DNA from: a virus
Lineage: Duplodnaviria > Caudoviricetes
DNA: 27,594 bases
Virus record (IMG/VR): IMGVR_UViG_3300027672_000064
Location: 1-27,594 of that record
Direction: 5' to 3' (one strand)
The translations under genes and the position numbers were made by a program. Positions 25,597 to 27,594 of this stretch are shown one piece after another (within the stretch, counting starts at the first letter, position 1; each line of letters starts with the position of its first letter). The notes beneath the pieces were generated by a model that saw nothing but the letters and a program-made list of their open reading frames with translations, had not been told where the DNA came from and did not search any database.

Positions 25597-27594
25597 ATGT
25601 TTGAAATAGAAGATTTATTTGAATACGATTTACTTCAAGAAGGTGCGTTCGATTCTTTACAAGAATTTATAGACTTTACTGATGGTGCTGATCCAGAAAT
25701 TATATTTGGTCTTTTAAAAGATGGTTCTTTTGATTCAATCGAAGACTTTAAAAAAGGTGTTAATTTTACACGAAAAAAAAAAATCGAAACTGGAGATTCT
25801 CCTATTATTTCTCCAACGGAAAATACGGAATCAAATACTTCAACTCCTACAGTGGAGACAGTTGGATCTTCGGATTCTTCAGACATAATAGTTGAAAACC
25901 CAAATGAAACTATTGTAGAGGAAGACATTGAAACCACTGAAGATAATCTTCCTGGAGTAGAAGATCCTAATTCAACTGCTGCTGAAAGAATTTCAGAAAT
26001 GATGGAAGGTGGTACTGATATTTTTCAATTTGACGAACAAGGTAATGTAGTTGACGAAGAAGAAGAATTAGAAGAAGGTACAACTTGGCTTGAAGAAAGT
26101 TGGTTAGGAAAAGCTTCTGATTGGGCGTTTGATGATGTTCCAGTTTTAGGAGTTTTAAGTGCTGATTTCTGGGGTGATATATATAGAGCTATCGGTAACG
26201 GCTATACAAAAGGTCAGTCTGTAGACGATTCTATTGCTTTGTTTGCAAAAGGAAAAAATATCTCAGAAGAAGATTTAGCAGATTATATAGCTGCTGTTAA
26301 ACAATCTGAAAACGTTGCTGTTTCAGATGAAATGAAAAGTTTTCAAAAAATTTATGAATCAAATGGTGGTGGGGTTCTTGGTTTTATTCTTGGCTTTGGA
26401 TCAAACCTTTCTATAGCTCCAGAATTACTTGTTGACTCACTTGCTTCAATGATTAATCCAGCATCTGCCGCAGCGGCAGGAGCAGGAGCAGCAGTAGGAG
26501 CAGGTACAGGTGCTGCACTAACAGCAGCAGGTGGGCCTTTAGCTTTATTTGGAGCAGGAGCAGGTGGTTTTGCAGGAGCTATGGGTGGCGCTTCGTCTGC
26601 TTTGGAATTTGGTATGTCTTATACTGAGTTTATGAAAGAAGAGGTTGAAAAAAAAGGAGGTAAATTTGATCAAGAAGGAATACGACAAGTTTTAAATGAT
26701 CCTGAAGCTCTTCAAAGTATTAGAAATAGAGCAGCAACAAGAGGTCTTGCTATAGGTATGATTGACGCCTTGACTGCTGGTGTAGCTGGTAAAGCTATTG
26801 GAGTTACACGTACAGCTTTAGCGAGAGGAACACAAAAATTATTAGCTACTGGAGGTAAAGGAACTGTAACCAGAGCTATGGTAAACAAAGGTATTGAGAT
26901 ATCAGCTGGTTTAGGTGTTGAGATTGTTGGAGGTAGTACAGGTGAAGCGGTAGCAAGACTTGCTGCTGGTCAGAAAATGGACGTGGCTGAAATAGGTCTT
27001 GAAGGTTTTGCAGGAGCAGGTAATGCTCCAATATCTATAGCAAGAGGTGTTTATACAACTCCTCGATACAGTTTAAATGGCGATCTTGTTACTAAAAATT
27101 ATATTTTAGCAACGATAGGTACGGCTACTCCTGCTCAGATTGGAGAGATGAGTATTGATATTAAGAATGATCCTGATATGAAGAAGGTCATAACTGACTT
27201 AAAAGCTACGAGTCAATTTGATGCAGATTTAGAAGCTTTAGGTATTCCTCAAGGGCCACAGCGAGATGCTATTGTTAAATTAGAAATAGAAAAAAGCAAA
27301 TTGCCTGATGCAAGGTCTGAGGCTACAAGACAAAGAAGAATTGCAATAGATCAAGAAATAAACTTTCTTGTAGGAGAATCTACTGCTATGACAGAGAAAG
27401 TAAAAATATTTAGGGATGGAAAATCTTTTTTTGAAACTTTATCTGTTTCAAAAGCCGAAGCAAGAACTCAATTAGAACAAGATGGAATAGAGTCACCAAC
27501 CGAGGGGCAGATTTCTGATATGCAGAAAACCATAATGGAGCAGCTTAAAAACTCTGATCAGCAAGCTGAAAACGCAATAGCCGCAGAAGAAGAA
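25597..27594 (+). CDS. Large internal virion / ejection protein 3 (over 666 aa, 3'-truncated); absent from the ORF track
   Basis: Manual translation from ATG25597 (MFEIEDLFEYDLLQEGAFDS...) is open to the window end. Acidic N-terminus and long Gly/Ala hydrophobic segments (about 26360-26610: GGGVLGFILGFG, AAAAGAGAAVGAGTGAAL...GAGAGGFAGAMGG) typical of membrane-penetrating ejection proteins. Confidence 0.8.
   Translation, partial: MFEIEDLFEYDLLQEGAFDSLQEFIDFTDGADPEIIFGLLKDGSFDSIEDFKKGVNFTRKKKIETGDSPIISPTENTESNTSTPTVETVGSSDSSDIIVENPNETIVEEDIETTEDNLPGVEDPNSTAAERISEMMEGGTDIFQFDEQGNVVDEEEELEEGTTWLEESWLGKASDWAFDDVPVLGVLSADFWGDIYRAIGNGYTKGQSVDDSIALFAKGKNISEEDLADYIAAVKQSENVAVSDEMKSFQKIYESNGGGVLGFILGFGSNLSIAPELLVDSLASMINPASAAAAGAGAAVGAGTGAALTAAGGPLALFGAGAGGFAGAMGGASSALEFGMSYTEFMKEEVEKKGGKFDQEGIRQVLNDPEALQSIRNRAATRGLAIGMIDALTAGVAGKAIGVTRTALARGTQKLLATGGKGTVTRAMVNKGIEISAGLGVEIVGGSTGEAVARLAAGQKMDVAEIGLEGFAGAGNAPISIARGVYTTPRYSLNGDLVTKNYILATIGTATPAQIGEMSIDIKNDPDMKKVITDLKATSQFDADLEALGIPQGPQRDAIVKLEIEKSKLPDARSEATRQRRIAIDQEINFLVGESTAMTEKVKIFRDGKSFFETLSVSKAEARTQLEQDGIESPTEGQISDMQKTIMEQLKNSDQQAENAIAAEEE

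Noticed and set aside
458-25937. Minus-strand ORFs in the track (458, 1089, 2354, 5737, 7966, 11031, 12072, 13261, 24987, 25635)
   Set aside because: All lie antisense to well-supported plus-strand genes and show no recognisable motifs; treated as shadow ORFs.
1-27594. Stop-codon reassignment (TAG or TGA), as in some crAss-like phages
   Set aside because: Genes are full-length and tightly packed under the standard code; TGA ends two genes in ATGA overlaps. TAG ends only MCP and is followed by TAA, which is uninformative on its own.
25597-27594. Virion RNA polymerase, as in crAss-like giant proteins
   Set aside because: No DxDxD-type catalytic motif was noticed in the visible part; the gene is truncated, so this cannot be assessed.

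Overview
This window is the virion-morphogenesis module of an AT-rich tailed dsDNA phage, with all credible genes on the + strand. Gene order: end of a tail fibre with a C-terminal S74 chaperone, several small genes (including a tandem GroES-like co-chaperonin and a 2OG-Fe(II) oxygenase), probable TerS, TerL, portal, scaffold, major capsid protein, two capsid-region genes, two tail ring/adaptor proteins, a large nozzle ('muzzle') protein apparently split over two genes, a GNAT acetyltransferase, and three internal virion/ejection proteins (the last runs off the window). This is a podovirus layout resembling crAss-like or marine Flavobacteriia phages; that taxonomy is from recall, not a search. 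A Bacteroidota host is supported by six TAnnTTTG (-7) promoter boxes just upstream of gene starts and by A-rich starts without Shine-Dalgarno motifs. The most interesting signals are: an A11 slippery tract plus hairpin with both alternative frames open in the largest ejection gene; a three-way-junction RNA candidate at 13144-13199; a one-gene cassette insulated by duplicated terminator-promoter units; the split nozzle with inserted Cys-bounded modules; and a TerL with no ATG start. No integrase, tRNA, CRISPR array or lysis gene was seen. Product calls rest on motifs and synteny only.
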